NCBI GenBank assembly: GCA_002269645.1
Contig: NIVC01000284.1
Coordinates: forward strand, 558,001 to 622,000
DNA length: 64,000 bases
Direction of reading: 5' to 3'
Origin: Macrostomum lignano
Lineage: Eukaryota
The position numbers and the translations under genes were made by a program. The notes beneath the pieces were generated by a model. The model saw only the letters and a list, made by a program, of their open reading frames with translations, made no database searches and was not told the DNA's origin. Each line of letters begins with the position of its first letter. The first letter of the stretch is position 1. Positions 12,899 to 25,955 of the stretch are shown here, in pieces.

Positions 12899-13570
12899 GT
12901 GAAAGAAGTATTCAAGCAAGTTCAAGATGTTAACTTAAAGTTAAAAGGCAAGAAGTGTCATCTATTTCAGGCAAGTCTAAATCATCTGGGACATCTAGTT
13001 ACAAAGGAAGGCATCAAGACTGATCTAGCAAAGATTGAAGCAATTCAGACCTGGCCAAGACCAAGAACAGCCCATCAACTTAAGAGTTTTGTCTGCATTC
13101 TGCATATGCGCTTATTATGCAAAATTTGTACCTGGCTAAGCAGACTTGGCAGCTTCATTCAATGATATAATTAAGAAGAATATTTGCTATTTCAACTGTC
13201 TATAGGGAAAAGCCTAGCAAGACATGTTTGACCAACTTAAGGTGGCCATGACTTCAACATGACTTCAACATCAATACTTGCATATTTGCAGTTCAGTGAG
13301 GAGCCTAACATAACATTTGTCTTGGATACATATGCTTCTGCAACCAGAATCGGAGCCTGCTTGAGCCAATGCCAAGCTAATGGGATTGAGTGCCCAATCA
13401 GCTATTTCTCTAGGAGATTCAAACTAGCCAAAGCTCATTATCTGATTACAAAAATAGGAACTCTTGGCAGTTGTAGATGGAATGCAACATTTCTGTTTCT
13501 ACCTACTGGCCAAGAAGTTTATCTGCCAGATTGATCATGCAACATTGACCTGGATCCTAAGGCAAACTTA
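12899..13570 (+). mobile_element. Gypsy/Ty3 LTR retrotransposon pol relic (RT thumb-RNase H)
   Basis: LKLKGKKCHLFQASLNHLGHLV..GIKTDLAKIEAIQTWPRP; FVLDTYASATRIGACLSQ; PISYFSR; ELLAVV..IDHATLTW. Stops and frameshifts present. Confidence 0.85.
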
Positions 13571-14255
13571 GCAAGTAGGCATCTTTGGACGATGGCTATA
13601 GACTATAGAGGCTTAGAGAATTTGAGTTTGAGATCTATCATCACAAATCTAGTCAGCATCAAAAGGCCATTTCAATGCAAGGCAGCAGACAAGAACCAAA
13701 GTAAGCAGCCAGCTGCAATATCTGGCACAACAGCACCAAAGGTCCTTGACAGTAGCCACCCTAGCCATTTATTGAGCAAGAAGCCATTGACCTGCCAAAA
13801 TCAACAAAAGCCATTAACAAAGCCAAAGGAGTCCAATGGTGAGGCTATGCCACCAGCAACACTACTAGCCGATAGCAAGCTGCTAACAAAGCTGCTCCTG
13901 CCAGCAACAAAGCTGAGGCCATCAGCCAGCTATTACTAGGACTCACAGAGGTTACTTACTAGTTTCAGTAGCAAGATATGTTGCCCAACTAGGAGCTAAT
14001 GACAATCAACTAGAGACAACAAGGACAGCAACCACAGTGCAGCCTACTGCCAATCCACTTGCTGCCCTAAGTTTAAGAAGGTGAGGTTCAGCAGCGATGC
14101 TAACAGCTCTGAGGCCTCATTATTATCTACTGATTAATCCAAGATTAGCAACAATGACGCCAAAGCTATGGACAAGGATTGACCTTTGGGCACATTGACA
14201 ACATAGCAACTAGTTTAAGTAGCGATCATGCAGAGGGAGCTCCAAACCCCAAATA

Positions 14256-15335
14256 TTGCAGCAAGTACAGGAGAGCCATGGACTCAGACTGGGAAATAAG
14301 CTTAGCAGGCATCACATTAACTTTGCTAATTTAAAGATGAAAGTTTATTTGGCATCACAACTTTTTCGTAAGTTGGTGGCTGATTCATTACGATGGGTGC
14401 ACAAGCAAGGCTTGGTTGGATTTGATCACTCCAATGTATTAGTGACAGTAGATTTTATTGAGCACATGAATGATCTGTTCAATGCATTCAATTCAAAGCA
14501 ACTGGTAAATTATGGGGCTAGGCTAGCTCTAAGAGCTGACAACCAGTCTGACTAGATCGACTTCTTCACTGACTTGATCCAGCTTCTCAAGAGCTTAGAT
14601 CAACTCTAGCAAGATGCAAAATCTTTGACACTGCAAAGAAGACAGGATTTTTAGGCTTCATCATCTACTGCCATGCCGTTATTGCACTTGCCTTGAAGCA
14701 TTTATTTTGAACTGGCGAATTCTTCTTTCTTTGCATTTACAAGCTGTCTCAGGACTTTCTATGAGAACTATTTTTAGTGCAGTCAAGCTTTGAAATGGCT
14801 GGAACCACAACCCGACACCAAAGCAGTTTTGCTTGGCATTTATGTAGCTGCTGGTGCATGCCAGTAAGATTCTCCAGTCTGTCAGCCTGAATGTGAAGCA
14901 GCAGGATGCCACCATTCAACTGTCCTTGTCACGTCTACCATCATCAGCTGAATCAGCACAGAAGCAGTAGAAGCTGAAAGTTTAGAATGATATGGGACTG
15001 AGTCTTGAATCCATCCAGCACCATATGAATGCATCCAATTGTAAGATTTGCTAGTCTATTGTGTACTATATTGCCTGAGCAGTTGTGCAAAGCATGTTGA
15101 AAGTTGTTGAATGTGCTCTGTGCAGGTCAGTTCTGACTGCCAGCTCCAATACGCCACCAGCTTTTTGTGCCCCTTGCTCACTTGTTGCCTTAAAGAATGT
15201 TTAAACAAGGAAGGAACTGGTAGCTTGATTTTTCCCAGCAGCAATGTCTTCTGGGTGCTGCTCAATGCTGAGTCTGTTATTCAATGTGCTAGCAGCTATA
15301 ACAAACTCAATGCCAGTGGAAATTCAAAACTTTAA
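14256..15335 (+). mobile_element. P-element/THAP9-type transposase relic
   Basis: GLRLGNKLSRHHINFANLKMKVYLASQLF..VADSL; DFIEHMNDLFNAFNS; KTGFLGFII; YKLSQDF; WNHNPTPKQF; GSLIFPS. Stops and frameshifts present. Confidence 0.85.
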
Positions 15336-16780
15336 AGACCCATTTTGGTGTCAGCACAACCACTAGAAAATTTCTATTTTTTTGCCCCCACCTCAAGAAA
15401 CAATATTTAATCACTACTGAAACAAAAGTACTAATGCTTAACTTTTTCAAATTTAAAAAAAGTTAGAGTTTGCTTGTGTTTTATTGTACTTTATTAGGTA
15501 TAATACATTTCTGCTTGGATCTGCTTTTATAACTAAGCCATTGTACTCTAAAAATGTTTTGTCATTTATATAAGTTTCTAAGTTTATAATATAGTTCACA
15601 AAATTATCTTTGTTTTACTCTACCTATTGCTAATATTTTTTAAATAATACCTATAGAATCTACATAATATGACAGCAACTATATTGTATTTCTGTAATTC
15701 TAGCCATAAGAGCATCTATCTACCATAGGCATATCTGTAGTTGCTATAGGCAACTTATTTTACTATATTTGCCATAAGATCTTATAGCTATAGCCATAAC
15801 TTTGGTAGAATTTTTCTATGCTAAATAAGGGCCTATCAAAAAAGCTTGTGCATTCATGTTATAGTTTGGAGTGACATCACAACAAGTTGCTTTTTTAAAG
15901 GGATTCAAAATAGAATGCAATCAATGTGATGATTTGTTCAAAGCATTTGGGCAACTTTTGAATACCATCTATAGCACTGTAATCACCCTAGTGTTTTAGA
16001 AGTTAGACAATCTTATTGAAGAGCTTTTTCATACATGTGCAACCTTGGGAATCACTCGGCTATTTCTATTGGTAAAACACACATATGTAAGTTGCTATTG
16101 GCTGGGTGAATCCCTAGGTTGCGCCCAAGCATGAGCTTGTTTAGGCATTGATATTGGCAACCTTAGGTCTTTTTTGAGAATTTAGTAGATGCTAGATGAA
16201 ATAATTCCACAAAGTTCTGCTAGTTCTTTAGACATCTATTTTGAATTGATTTCTAAAAAACCATAGATATACTCAATGTTACTCTTGGTCTATAGTTCTT
16301 GGGGTCTCCTAGATCTAGGCTCTTCTAAAGTCAAAGTGCAACCACTTTTAAAGCAATAGTACTACTTGTATATAGTCTACTCATATATTAGCAAAATGCA
16401 TATTTGCCATATACATTTATAAGCTACTAGTAGACTAATGCAGACTAGTGTTTCTTATAGCCATTTAGTCTTAATATAATACCACTCACTGTTGCTTGTT
16501 TGGTAGGTCATTTCATAATATAAAAAAGTTAGCCAAAGAGAAAAACCAGTGGTAAGAGATATTGTACTGAAAATAATAAAAATATAACTAGCTCTATTAT
16601 GCACAAATAATTGCTATTAGCTATAGGGTAGCTATAGTAATAGCTATAGCTATTAGAGTGATATCTATGATAGATAAAAAGCAATTTATTGCAAGAAGCT
16701 TTTGGGATAACCCTTGCCTTATATATATGCAACCTTGAGAATCACCTAGGCCCTAGCTGTTTATATTGGCAATGGCAATA

Positions 16781-17140
16781 TCTCTACATATAAAAATCAA
16801 AACTCTGTGTATGTGTCTGTGTACAAATTACTTTGCTATGGACTCCCAAACCGCTCAACCAATTTACACCAAATTTTGCACCCAGCCTAAATTCACTATT
16901 CACCTTAAAATTTCCTAAATTTGAGTCTTCCTACCTAAAAGTGCAAAAAAACTGCTCAAAATGCACAATTTTTCACTAAATGCTCCATAGTGTCGCTCCA
17001 CTTTTATCAATTGTCTTCAAATTTGACACAATTTCAAATAAAAATGTTATTTGCATTACTAATAGTAGAGTATAAGGAATTGTGCAGGTATTGTTCAAAA
17101 CTCATTCCGCATCAAAATCTTAGCAATGCTTAGTAACGGT
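16781..17140 (+). mobile_element. Helitron-like 5' end
   Basis: a|TCtctacatataaaaatcaaaactctgtgtatgtgtctgtgt...gctatggactcccaaaccgctcaaccaatttacaccaaatttt resembles invertebrate Helitron 5' termini. No convincing 3' hairpin/CTRR found. Confidence 0.5.
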
Positions 17141-17316
17141 GAAAACCAATGAGCAAGCCCATTAGAAATCTGCTAAACCCCCTCTCAGGTGAATACAAAA
17201 ATGTAGTCCAGTTTCTCAGATACATAATCAAGCCCCCTGCAGCTCCATTGACCCGTCAATCATACCCCGCCTAGCTAAGAGCAATCATTCGTAAGCAATT
17301 ATCAAGTATAAGCCAT

Positions 17317-18353
17317 GGAAGATGACAATTTAGACAATTTTCTTAAAGAGTTCCTAGGGATAGATGAGTCCATAGAGAATTTAGAGCTGGCCGCCAAGCA
17401 AGCCGCCAAGCAAGCCGTCGAACAAATTGCCAGGTAGCAGCCAGCAGCTCAATAGCCAGCAGCTCAACAGCCAGCAGCTCCGGCAGCTCAACAGCCAGAA
17501 GCTCGGCCAGCAGCATCGCCACAGGCAGAACAGCAGCCAGCGCCATTTGCAGCTCGACTCGATGCTTCGCCAGCCGCCCCCTCGGCAGCAGAACAACCAG
17601 CGGTGGAGGACGCACCATTGAGGCAGCCTACGAGGCCGAAGGCAGTGCCAGGCATGAATGAGCAAGCGACCGGCAACAACAGCGGAGTCAGTGCCAGCTA
17701 AGCGGGCGGCCATCCTCGAGGCCCAGGCTAGGGCTCCAGTCAAGTCCGTGGTTGTGAGGCAATGTGGTGAGGAAGGGTGTCGCACCCTACAACTCGCAGC
17801 GCCGCCGCCTCGGCAGTCGACACCACGGCTGCGCCAGTTGTCACCTCAGCGTCAGCAACAGCCACAGCAGCAGGCCTCGTGACAACCAGCACCGCCGATG
17901 AGACAGACAGCACCGCCGCAGCAGCAGCCGAGACAGCCAGCACCGGCGAGACAGCAGCCCCTGCACCAAGGCAGCCGCTGCAGCCTGTACTTCAGCCGCC
18001 TCAACATCCACCAGTGCATCATGAGGCTGCTCTGAACCTCCTCGCCATTCATGGGATTCCACTGGAGAGTAGTACACGGTGTGCGAACTTATCTGGGCAG
18101 AATTGCTCATCTCCGCCTAGATCAGGCGCTGCCGCAGCGCGCCTATCTGTGGCCGAGCCTGCGACACCTGCAAGCCCGACTGGCGAGAGAGGAGGCAGTC
18201 ATCGTGCTGCAGTATGCAGCAGACCAGTTTCGAAGTGATGTTGACGTCAGCCGCCAGTTTCAGCGCCAGCTTGTAAACATCAAGCTGCGCTGGATTTTCA
18301 TGCAACTGGGATGGCCAGAGTACCGGGATCTGCAATGCAACTGCAATTTCTAA
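17317..18353 (+). pseudogene. Disrupted Ala/Gln/Thr-rich ORF of unknown function, probably TE-borne
   Basis: ATG at 17317 (MEDDNLDNFLKEFLGIDES...). In-frame TAG stops occur where the internal repeat cag-cca-gca-gct-caa begins with CAG elsewhere. Further frameshifts lead to a helical C-terminal segment (ORF 18051-18353). Confidence 0.45.
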
Positions 18354-19626
18354 AAAGACTGATAAGTGTCTATGCTAACAATTTTTCTTTTAACTTTTCT
18401 AGTATGCTTTCCGTTTCATTATAATACATCTAGTAGACTGCTTCTTTGCACTGCACCTGTAGCATTTATTATTGACACCTGTGAAATTTGTTTTGCCAGT
18501 TTAATGTGTTTGAGGAGTTTGTTTTTTTAATAGTACCTTTTAGTAGTCTGTATGTAATTTTCTAGCTTTGTCACCAATTTGCCTTTATGCTCATTTTTAT
18601 TTTTCTATGCAATGCACTTTACTCATTCAAAAATTTTATTTTTGTAAAATTTTATTATTCGTAAATTGCTTCTAGGGAAGGCAGGTTGATATAGTGCCTA
18701 GAAATATTATATGCACAAATATTTTTATTTTTCTTTTGCCCAAAATACTCTATTTTTCCTATGCACGAATGCTTCATTTCTTAGAAAAATGCACATTCAA
18801 ATTTATGCAAAAAAGAAATTACTAGTATTTTTTGTTTCAATGTTGTTAATCGTAAGAATATTAACCTTTTGTTTTAAACAAGCCTGATGGCCAATATAAA
18901 TAGAAGCTCCGAGCGGGCCAAAAGAGCAACCGTCCTTGACTCATCAATTAACCTTGAGCAACATTAATAAGCTCTTACTAAATCTTAAAAGCAGTCACTT
19001 GAAAATTGACTTAATCATTTCTTAGAGTAGAAGCCCCAAATTGGGAGTAGTATTAAGATCTGCTAAAAAGCGAGAATTGCCTCAGGGCAGAAGAACTGCT
19101 TAAAAGCAGGAGGATTTGCCTCAGGGCAGGGAAAACGCATAAAGCCATGACCCTCTGATCCTAGGAATGGCAGGACTGAGAGACTAAGAATTAGACAGTG
19201 CCAATAGACTGCTCAGGCTAAAAGTAGATAAGTAGACGCTACCAATATAAGTAGATAAGTAGACGCTACCAATAATAGTAATACATTTATGCAAAAGTAC
19301 ATTAAGTAGAGACTAGAGAGACAGAAGTTTAGCACTAGGACAACTTTGGTGGTAGTTCATAAGATAAGTAACTAGGCAAAGGTTAACAATCAGAAAGACT
19401 TAGTTAACACCCCTAGCACAGCTTGGTGACATGACGGTGGGATTTTCATAGAGAGCCAAAAGGCCTATAACACAAGGCTTGCAAATTGGCAAGAAAGATG
19501 ATATGATCAAAGCATGAGAACAGCCATGAGAGTACTACATCCCACAAACTGGCTTTCCAAGCAGGAATGGGCAGACTTTTACCTCAAAGGCTAGAAAAGA
19601 ATCCAGCTTATGGCTGAGGGGCAGTT

Positions 19627-20690
19627 GAGAGTGGAGAAGAAGGAATAGACTATTTAAAAAGAGAGGAGAGATGAGAAAGAGAATAAGAGAAATATAAAAG
19701 ATAATAGAAGAGATGAGGGAGTGAGGACAATGAGAGGAGAGAGTAGAGAGGAGCAAGTAGAGAGGAGAGAGTAGAGAGGAGCAAGTAGAGAGGAGAGAGT
19801 AGAAGAGCGAGTAGAGAGTAGAGAATAAAGTAGCGAGTGGAGAGGAGAGAGTAGAGGAGCAAGTAGAGGAGAGAGTAGAGAGGAGCAAGTAGAGAGGAGA
19901 GAGTAGAGTAGACAGTAGAGTAGCGAGTGGAGAGGAGAGAGTAGAGGAGCAAGTATAGAGGAGAGAGCAGAGAGCTGCAGATGAGAGGAGAGTAGAGAGA
20001 AGAGCAGATGAGTTAATAAAGAGGAGAAAGGAGAGATGAGAGAGTAAATGGAAGAGAGAAGAGATTAGGTTGTACAGATAAGAGAGATGTAGGAAGGATT
20101 GGAAAATGAGAAATGAGAGATAAAGAAGGAGAGTGGAAAGAGAGAAAAGACGAGACAAGAGAGGGAGAGTCTATATAGAAAAGAGAAGACAAGAGAAAAG
20201 AAGAAAGAAGGGAAAGTGAGGAGACAAAAGAGGTGAACGAAAATAGTACAGAGGACAGAATGAGAGAACATATAAGACAGTGAAGATGACAGATGAAAGG
20301 GGGGGGGGGTGAGCTGAGAGCAGAGACAAAAATGAACAGATGAGAGATGGGAGAATAGAGAGAACAGAGGAGAGATAAGAGACAAGAGATTACAGAGACA
20401 AGAGTCAAGAGAAGAGACAAAGGGAGAAAGAAGTGAGTGAGGCAAGAGGAGAAAAAAGAGGAGAATGGAGGGGAGAGAGTAGAGAGGAGAAAGATGGGAG
20501 AAGAGAGATAAGAGAGAGGGGGGAAACAGAGAGAGGGGGAAGCAGAGAGAGAGGGGGAAAGCAGAGAAATGAAAAGAGATAAAAGAGAAGAGAGAGAAGA
20601 GAAAGGAGAGATCAGAGAGCAAATAAAGACGAGAAAGAAGAGAGGAAACAGAAGAGAAGATAGAAGTTTCAAAGAATCCAAGGGACATAG
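19627..20690. repeat. About 1-kb purine-rich (GA) low-complexity tract
   Basis: Plus strand is dominated by gagaggagagtag-like units. The minus-strand L/S-rich ORFs are artefacts. Confidence 0.9.
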
Positions 20691-21023
20691 GGAGAGTCAG
20701 AAGCAGAGGCCAGAGTTTGCCAATACATGTTTTAGAGTCAGATAGACATTAATTGCCTATTTAAAGTAAAAAGCCCCCTAGCCAACAATATCAATGTTTG
20801 CCTTAAATCCTAATTTTACGCGAATGTACTCCATTTTGTTTACCTCGATCCTACTAACTCTTAACAAGTTTTTGTTTGTGTATGACCTTAGATTTCAGAA
20901 TACATGCAAAAGTAGTTCCAGGGATTGGAATTCCCTGGGTTCAAAATCTATGGGTTTTAACAGCTTGTATATATAAAGGCCTAATTAATGACAATAACAT
21001 GATTATTATGGTCAGGCCTAATG

Positions 21024-24000
21024 TAGGGTGTCCAGTGAGCTATTTTTTCAATGTATGATTTTTGAAAAATATGAAAATGACCTAATTTCAAATGTCTGTA
21101 AATCGGTAAGTATGTAAGCTACAGCAATGAGTTTATACTTTTAGAAAGTTAAGACTTATATCTACAACATAAAAAAGAGATCAAGCGATTTCATTTTATA
21201 CAAAAAAAGTTACAGCATGGCAAAGTTGTGCCATTTTTACAGAAATTTAAAATTGAGGCAAAATCCAAAAAAGAAAGTGGGTTTTGTAGAATTGGTCCTA
21301 CATAAAAACTGAACTGTTTTTCATGATTTTTTCAACACTGGAGCTTAGTAAACATGTATGAGTACCTTAGGAGCTATTTTTTGAAGAAAAAAATTTTTCA
21401 TGTACAAGCATGTCATGTACATGAAAATTGGTGAATGTCAGTTTTTCAAGATCGGGTGTAAGCATGCCCCTGAAACTTTATGTAGTTGTTATGGCAACCA
21501 AATGAAGCAGTTTCAGTGAAAGTTCGACCTCCTAACTATAAACGCAAGTGCTGGGCAAAAATTTCACCAAATACATGTAAAATCTCATAGGAAAATGTAA
21601 AACTTCAAATATTGGATGGCCTGTTTGAAGCACGAATGTTTCCTTTGCTTAAAATGTAGCCTAACGCACCCCAAATCAGGTCTAGAAAGGATTTCTATGT
21701 AGGCCAAAACGCAAAGGCACCATTGGCCATAGACTGTAGAACGTTTCTTGGAAATACACTGCGGAGATAGGGAAAAACAAAACTGGGCATTTCGCAGCTT
21801 CTAATGGGGACTATTTGACTCTGCTTTGACCCAAATTGAAATTGATGTATATGAGCTGTTGATCTAAACAACTTATATGATAGTAATGTTGCTTTTAGTT
21901 GAGGAATTGTAATTACCTATACTACATTATCCACTCTCACTTGATCATTTCAGTTTAGACTCAATATTCAAGAAGTTCAGTAACTCTGTTGAGCTACTCG
22001 TCGTCTGACAGGACATGAAGGTCGCCCTTCAAATAGTCTTCGTACAAGTTATATTCAAAGGTTGTGCTGCCATGGTCGTCAAACACAACCTGGAACTTCT
22101 GCTCAAGGATGTCTGCATTGGTACCGGAACACGGCGGACAACGACACCCTGCTCCCAGACCTCGCCGTCGGTGTAGCCAAACAAAACCTCCACACGTCGG
22201 CCTTCCAGCTGTGGGAGGTTGCTCAGCGAGGGGGGAATAGCAGCAGCCTGCTGCTCTGCAATGGCCTCGGCAGAGTCTGACTCCGAATCAGAAGTCGGCA
22301 GCGGCGCTCGCTTTTGCCTGCTCGAAGCTCTACCCTGGCCACGGCCACGCCCCTGACCACGTCCGCGACCCCGACGCGTGCCCGACTGCCTGACGCGCTA
22401 GCACCACGCCCGCTGCCTGCGCGCCACCTTGGTGCTGCTGGCCAGTCGTAGCTGCCACCTGACGGGCCTCCAGCTTCTTGGTGACAGCAGAGCGGACAAG
22501 CTCTGCCCGCTCATTACAGGGCCGGATGTTGGTGTTGCCTTGGGTGTCGACCGCGACGGCAACTGCTGCCTTTTCAGCCTCCAGATGGGCAATTACTTGT
22601 CGCAGGTTGGCAGTCAGGGCGGGCAGGCTGCGTCTTACACCGGCTCGCGACAGGTTGAGCAGGGCAGCCAGGTCCCTTGGCAGAGTAGGCTCTGCATGGA
22701 AGTAAGTTTGTAGGTGATAATGAATTCTCCAAATTACCTGATTCCTGAACGTTTGAAAGTCAACTTTCAGCAAAATTTTCGTGAAACTTTCTTTGCTAAA
22801 GACCAATTTAAAAATTTACTTCCTACTTAATACCAAAACTACGCTGTCTTACTCATGGCTTTCTGCAGACGCAGCTGCGCTGTCACAGCTTGCTCGTGAC
22901 GTCCAGATGGGAGCTGCTGCAGCGCCTCCGTCATGTCGCTGACGGTAATCCAGACGCCGCCGAACTCGTGAACAGCGCGCATGTGGTCACGGAGGGAGCA
23001 GTCCTTGGCGACTCTCTTGCGGTGCACTGCCTCGATGCGCGCCTGCTGCAACTGCTGCCGTGCCTTGTCGATCGCCTGTTTCGTCGCCTTTGCCCGTGCC
23101 TCAACTTTCCCGGAAATCTTCCGAGCCCGAGAAAGCATGGCCTCCTGCTCATCTCGAGTTTTTTGATGCAGCCACTGCTCCGTAGCGTTCTGCTGAAAGA
23201 GGACGTACGCCTCTCGAGCCAATGGGCGCATGTGCGGCTTGCAAGTCACCGTGCTGTCCAGCACAGCAAAATTGCGCTCGGAGCGACGTTGTCTTTCGGC
23301 GCATCCGCTGTCAGACGGCGCTGCTCGTCGGACAAATTGCGCAGGGCACCGCCGGGCAAGTGGTCGCAGACCTCACGATGAAGCAGCACGAGCATGTATG
23401 CAGCGGTGACTGCAGCGCCTGGCTCAGTAGATCGTTGTCCAGCTGCGACGCATCGGCCGTCAACGCACTCCAAACGTCGCCAGCGTCATCGGGCGCTAGC
23501 ACTGCCCCAGCAAGGTCAGGAAATGGGCTCTGGTCGCCCGAAAAGCGGAAGCCGTCTGCCGTGGCCAGCTCCTCCAGCCAGTCGCAGAGTTGCTCGTAGC
23601 GCTGGTTCATGTCCAGAATTCGGACTGTTGACTGCCGGTTCAGCATCCACAATGGCCGAATCACCAGCATGTCGATGACACCAAGCGCTCGACAGCCACT
23701 CAGCAGGACATTCGAGGCGAGATCTGCTTGCACGGCTTATTCTTATGAAATATTATGTAGTATTCAATTTAAATGCTAGCAGAAGCACTGGAGTGAGGGT
23801 TAGAAATGGAGCGATAAAATTGAGTATGAGTATATTGTTCTGACATAATTTACAATTACAATTTATATTATGACATAATAGCATCTGAAAGTGAAATAGT
23901 ATATTTTGACATGATCAATGACATAAACTCACAGTAAAGCCAGATACTCATAATATTAGTCATATTTATATATTAAGGACAAGCCAGAAAATATGGAAAC

Positions 24001-24821
24001 AGAAACTTATGAAGTTATGAAACATTTTTTATACCATATACATGTCATTACCCATTTACAACAATACAGAGAGAGAAGCAGTGCAATGAATTTTTTTTTA
24101 AAAATTCTTATAACTTTTTTATTATTCAACATATCTTTAAAAGTAATATGTCATTTTACTCATAACATCCAGTTGTATTTGTTAAAAAAAGTAAAAACCC
24201 TGACATTCTAACTTAAAACTGTTTACTAGACACTATCACCCAGTTTGACTTCCTGAACCCTTATTCACAATTTTTCCTTAAAAAATTCTCCTACCTACAG
24301 CTATACTTAAACTGCACAATTTTATGTTTCCTAAAAGAACTAAAAGAAATCTAAAGTTTGACACCAAGAAAGTCTGTCTAAGTATAGTACAAGTATTTTA
24401 AGGGGACTTTAAAGTAAAAAAAGTATGACTCCGGCAGCATAAAAAAAACATTTTTTTATTAACAGAACATCCTGCAGCAAAAAACTGCTAAGCAGGAGAA
24501 CTTTTTTAGTTACAAATTATATTGCACAGTTAAATTACCTAAAAATTGACACCAAAGTCAAAGAAGTAGCTTAACTAACAAAAAAGTTATTTACACTTAA
24601 TTAAAGAAAAAAGTAAAAATGACGTGGAATTGGCTTCACTTTCTAATGTATTAAGAATAGGGAAAAACGCATTCTTTTTAAAACAAAAATACTCATAACT
24701 TTTTTATTACTTGACCAAATTAAAAAAGTGAAGTGTCATTTTACTCATAACATCCAGGTCTATAAGTTACATAAGTCAAAACCAAAAAAATTTCAGAAAA
24801 AAATTCTCACTGGACACCCTA
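21024..24821 (-). mobile_element. hAT-superfamily-like DNA transposon, internally deleted, with TIRs and 7-bp TSD
   Basis: TIR tagggtgtccagtgag (21024-21039) and ctcactggacacccta (24806-24821). Flanking direct repeat cctaatg at 21017-21023 and 24822-24828. Transposase 3' half lies inside. Confidence 0.85.
21994..23733 (-). pseudogene. 3' half of transposase with RG-rich linker and C-terminal Tudor/Spindlin-like domain; one intron, about four 1-nt frameshifts
   Basis: GCRALGVIDMLVIRPLW...DHLPGG...DNVA/ERNFAVLD..KP...EAYVLFQQNATEQWL. Intron 22852-22692 (ATGA|gtaaga...catgcag|AG). RGRGRGQGRGRG linker. LEGRRVEVLF..VWEQGVV...FQVVFDD..FEYNLYEDYLKGDLHVL*. Confidence 0.7.
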
Positions 24822-25955
24822 CCTAATGTTTATATATTGTATCCATGAAAATATGAAGATATATTTTCCTGTCTAAGTATCTAGAACTACCCAAGTTTGG
24901 CACAATATATTTGTCAAGGAAACCTAATCTTCAATTAAATACTGAATATGATTTGATTCCAATAATTTAATTTGTCTAGCCTACTCTTTAGCCTTCACTG
25001 CTTTAGGTTCAGAAGGAAGTTATATGTTATGTTACCACTACATAACTATGCTATTTCGATAGTAATACTTAACTATAGATTGACCAGTATTGTCTGCTGC
25101 AACCTATATGTAACTCTTATTCCAATAACCTTAACAAACAGGACACAAACAGCACTATAATATTGGTATAGTGATATAGGTGTAGTAGTATGAAAGCTTC
25201 GATCAAACTAAAATCACGAAGAAAATATTGGTGTTTGATTATTTTAAATTAGTTATAATGTGACGATAACCGGCAGACTCGAAATTAACTGACGAAGACA
25301 AATACAGCAGAGGCAAATTTTGTAGCGGTAGCACTTGATGATAGTAGCGAATGATGCGGGCGGTGGCCGCAATTCTTATTTATTGTAACCGTATGAGTAG
25401 ATAGTTTGGGCGATCGTTATTATCAATTCCGTCTGGGTAGTTTATAGAGATGGCCAGAGTACGCTCGTATTTGCTAAATCCGTAAGGAATGCACTGGGCG
25501 GCTACGCAACAATAAGATGGATGATTGATGATAGAGCGAGTCGATGAGCCTGAGGCAATGTCGACGATGTGATGGCAGTGATCGTGTGATTGCGGTACTC
25601 GTAGCAAGAACCCTTTATAGACGGTAGTGGTGGCGTGGTCGAGATAATTGACGGTGGCGGTGGCGTGACTGAGACTTGGCAGAGGCGTGGTTTAGAACTG
25701 TGGCGGAGCGAGGCGGAGAGAGAAGACGGGTAAACAAGCAAACAAGGGTCGAGCGCCCCAGCCAGACAGGACTGATAAAGAGAGGGCTAGCTGGGGGTAG
25801 GTGCGCGAGGAGAGTGTTGTGGCCGCTGGCCAAATGAATGAAATCGATTCACTTAAGGCGAAGGAGAGGAGAGGAGAGGTAGCTCTCAGCTATTAGTTAG
25901 CTAGCCAATATATATTATCTAACTGATACGAGCTAGATTTACATCGATGCGCGTA

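Noticed and set aside
19535-20688. Leu/Ser-rich membrane-protein-like ORFs
   Set aside because: Translation of a CT-rich low-complexity strand.
25170-25955. Possible LTR plus primer-binding site next to the gap
   Set aside because: No second LTR, no clear tRNA complement and no gag. Cannot be supported.
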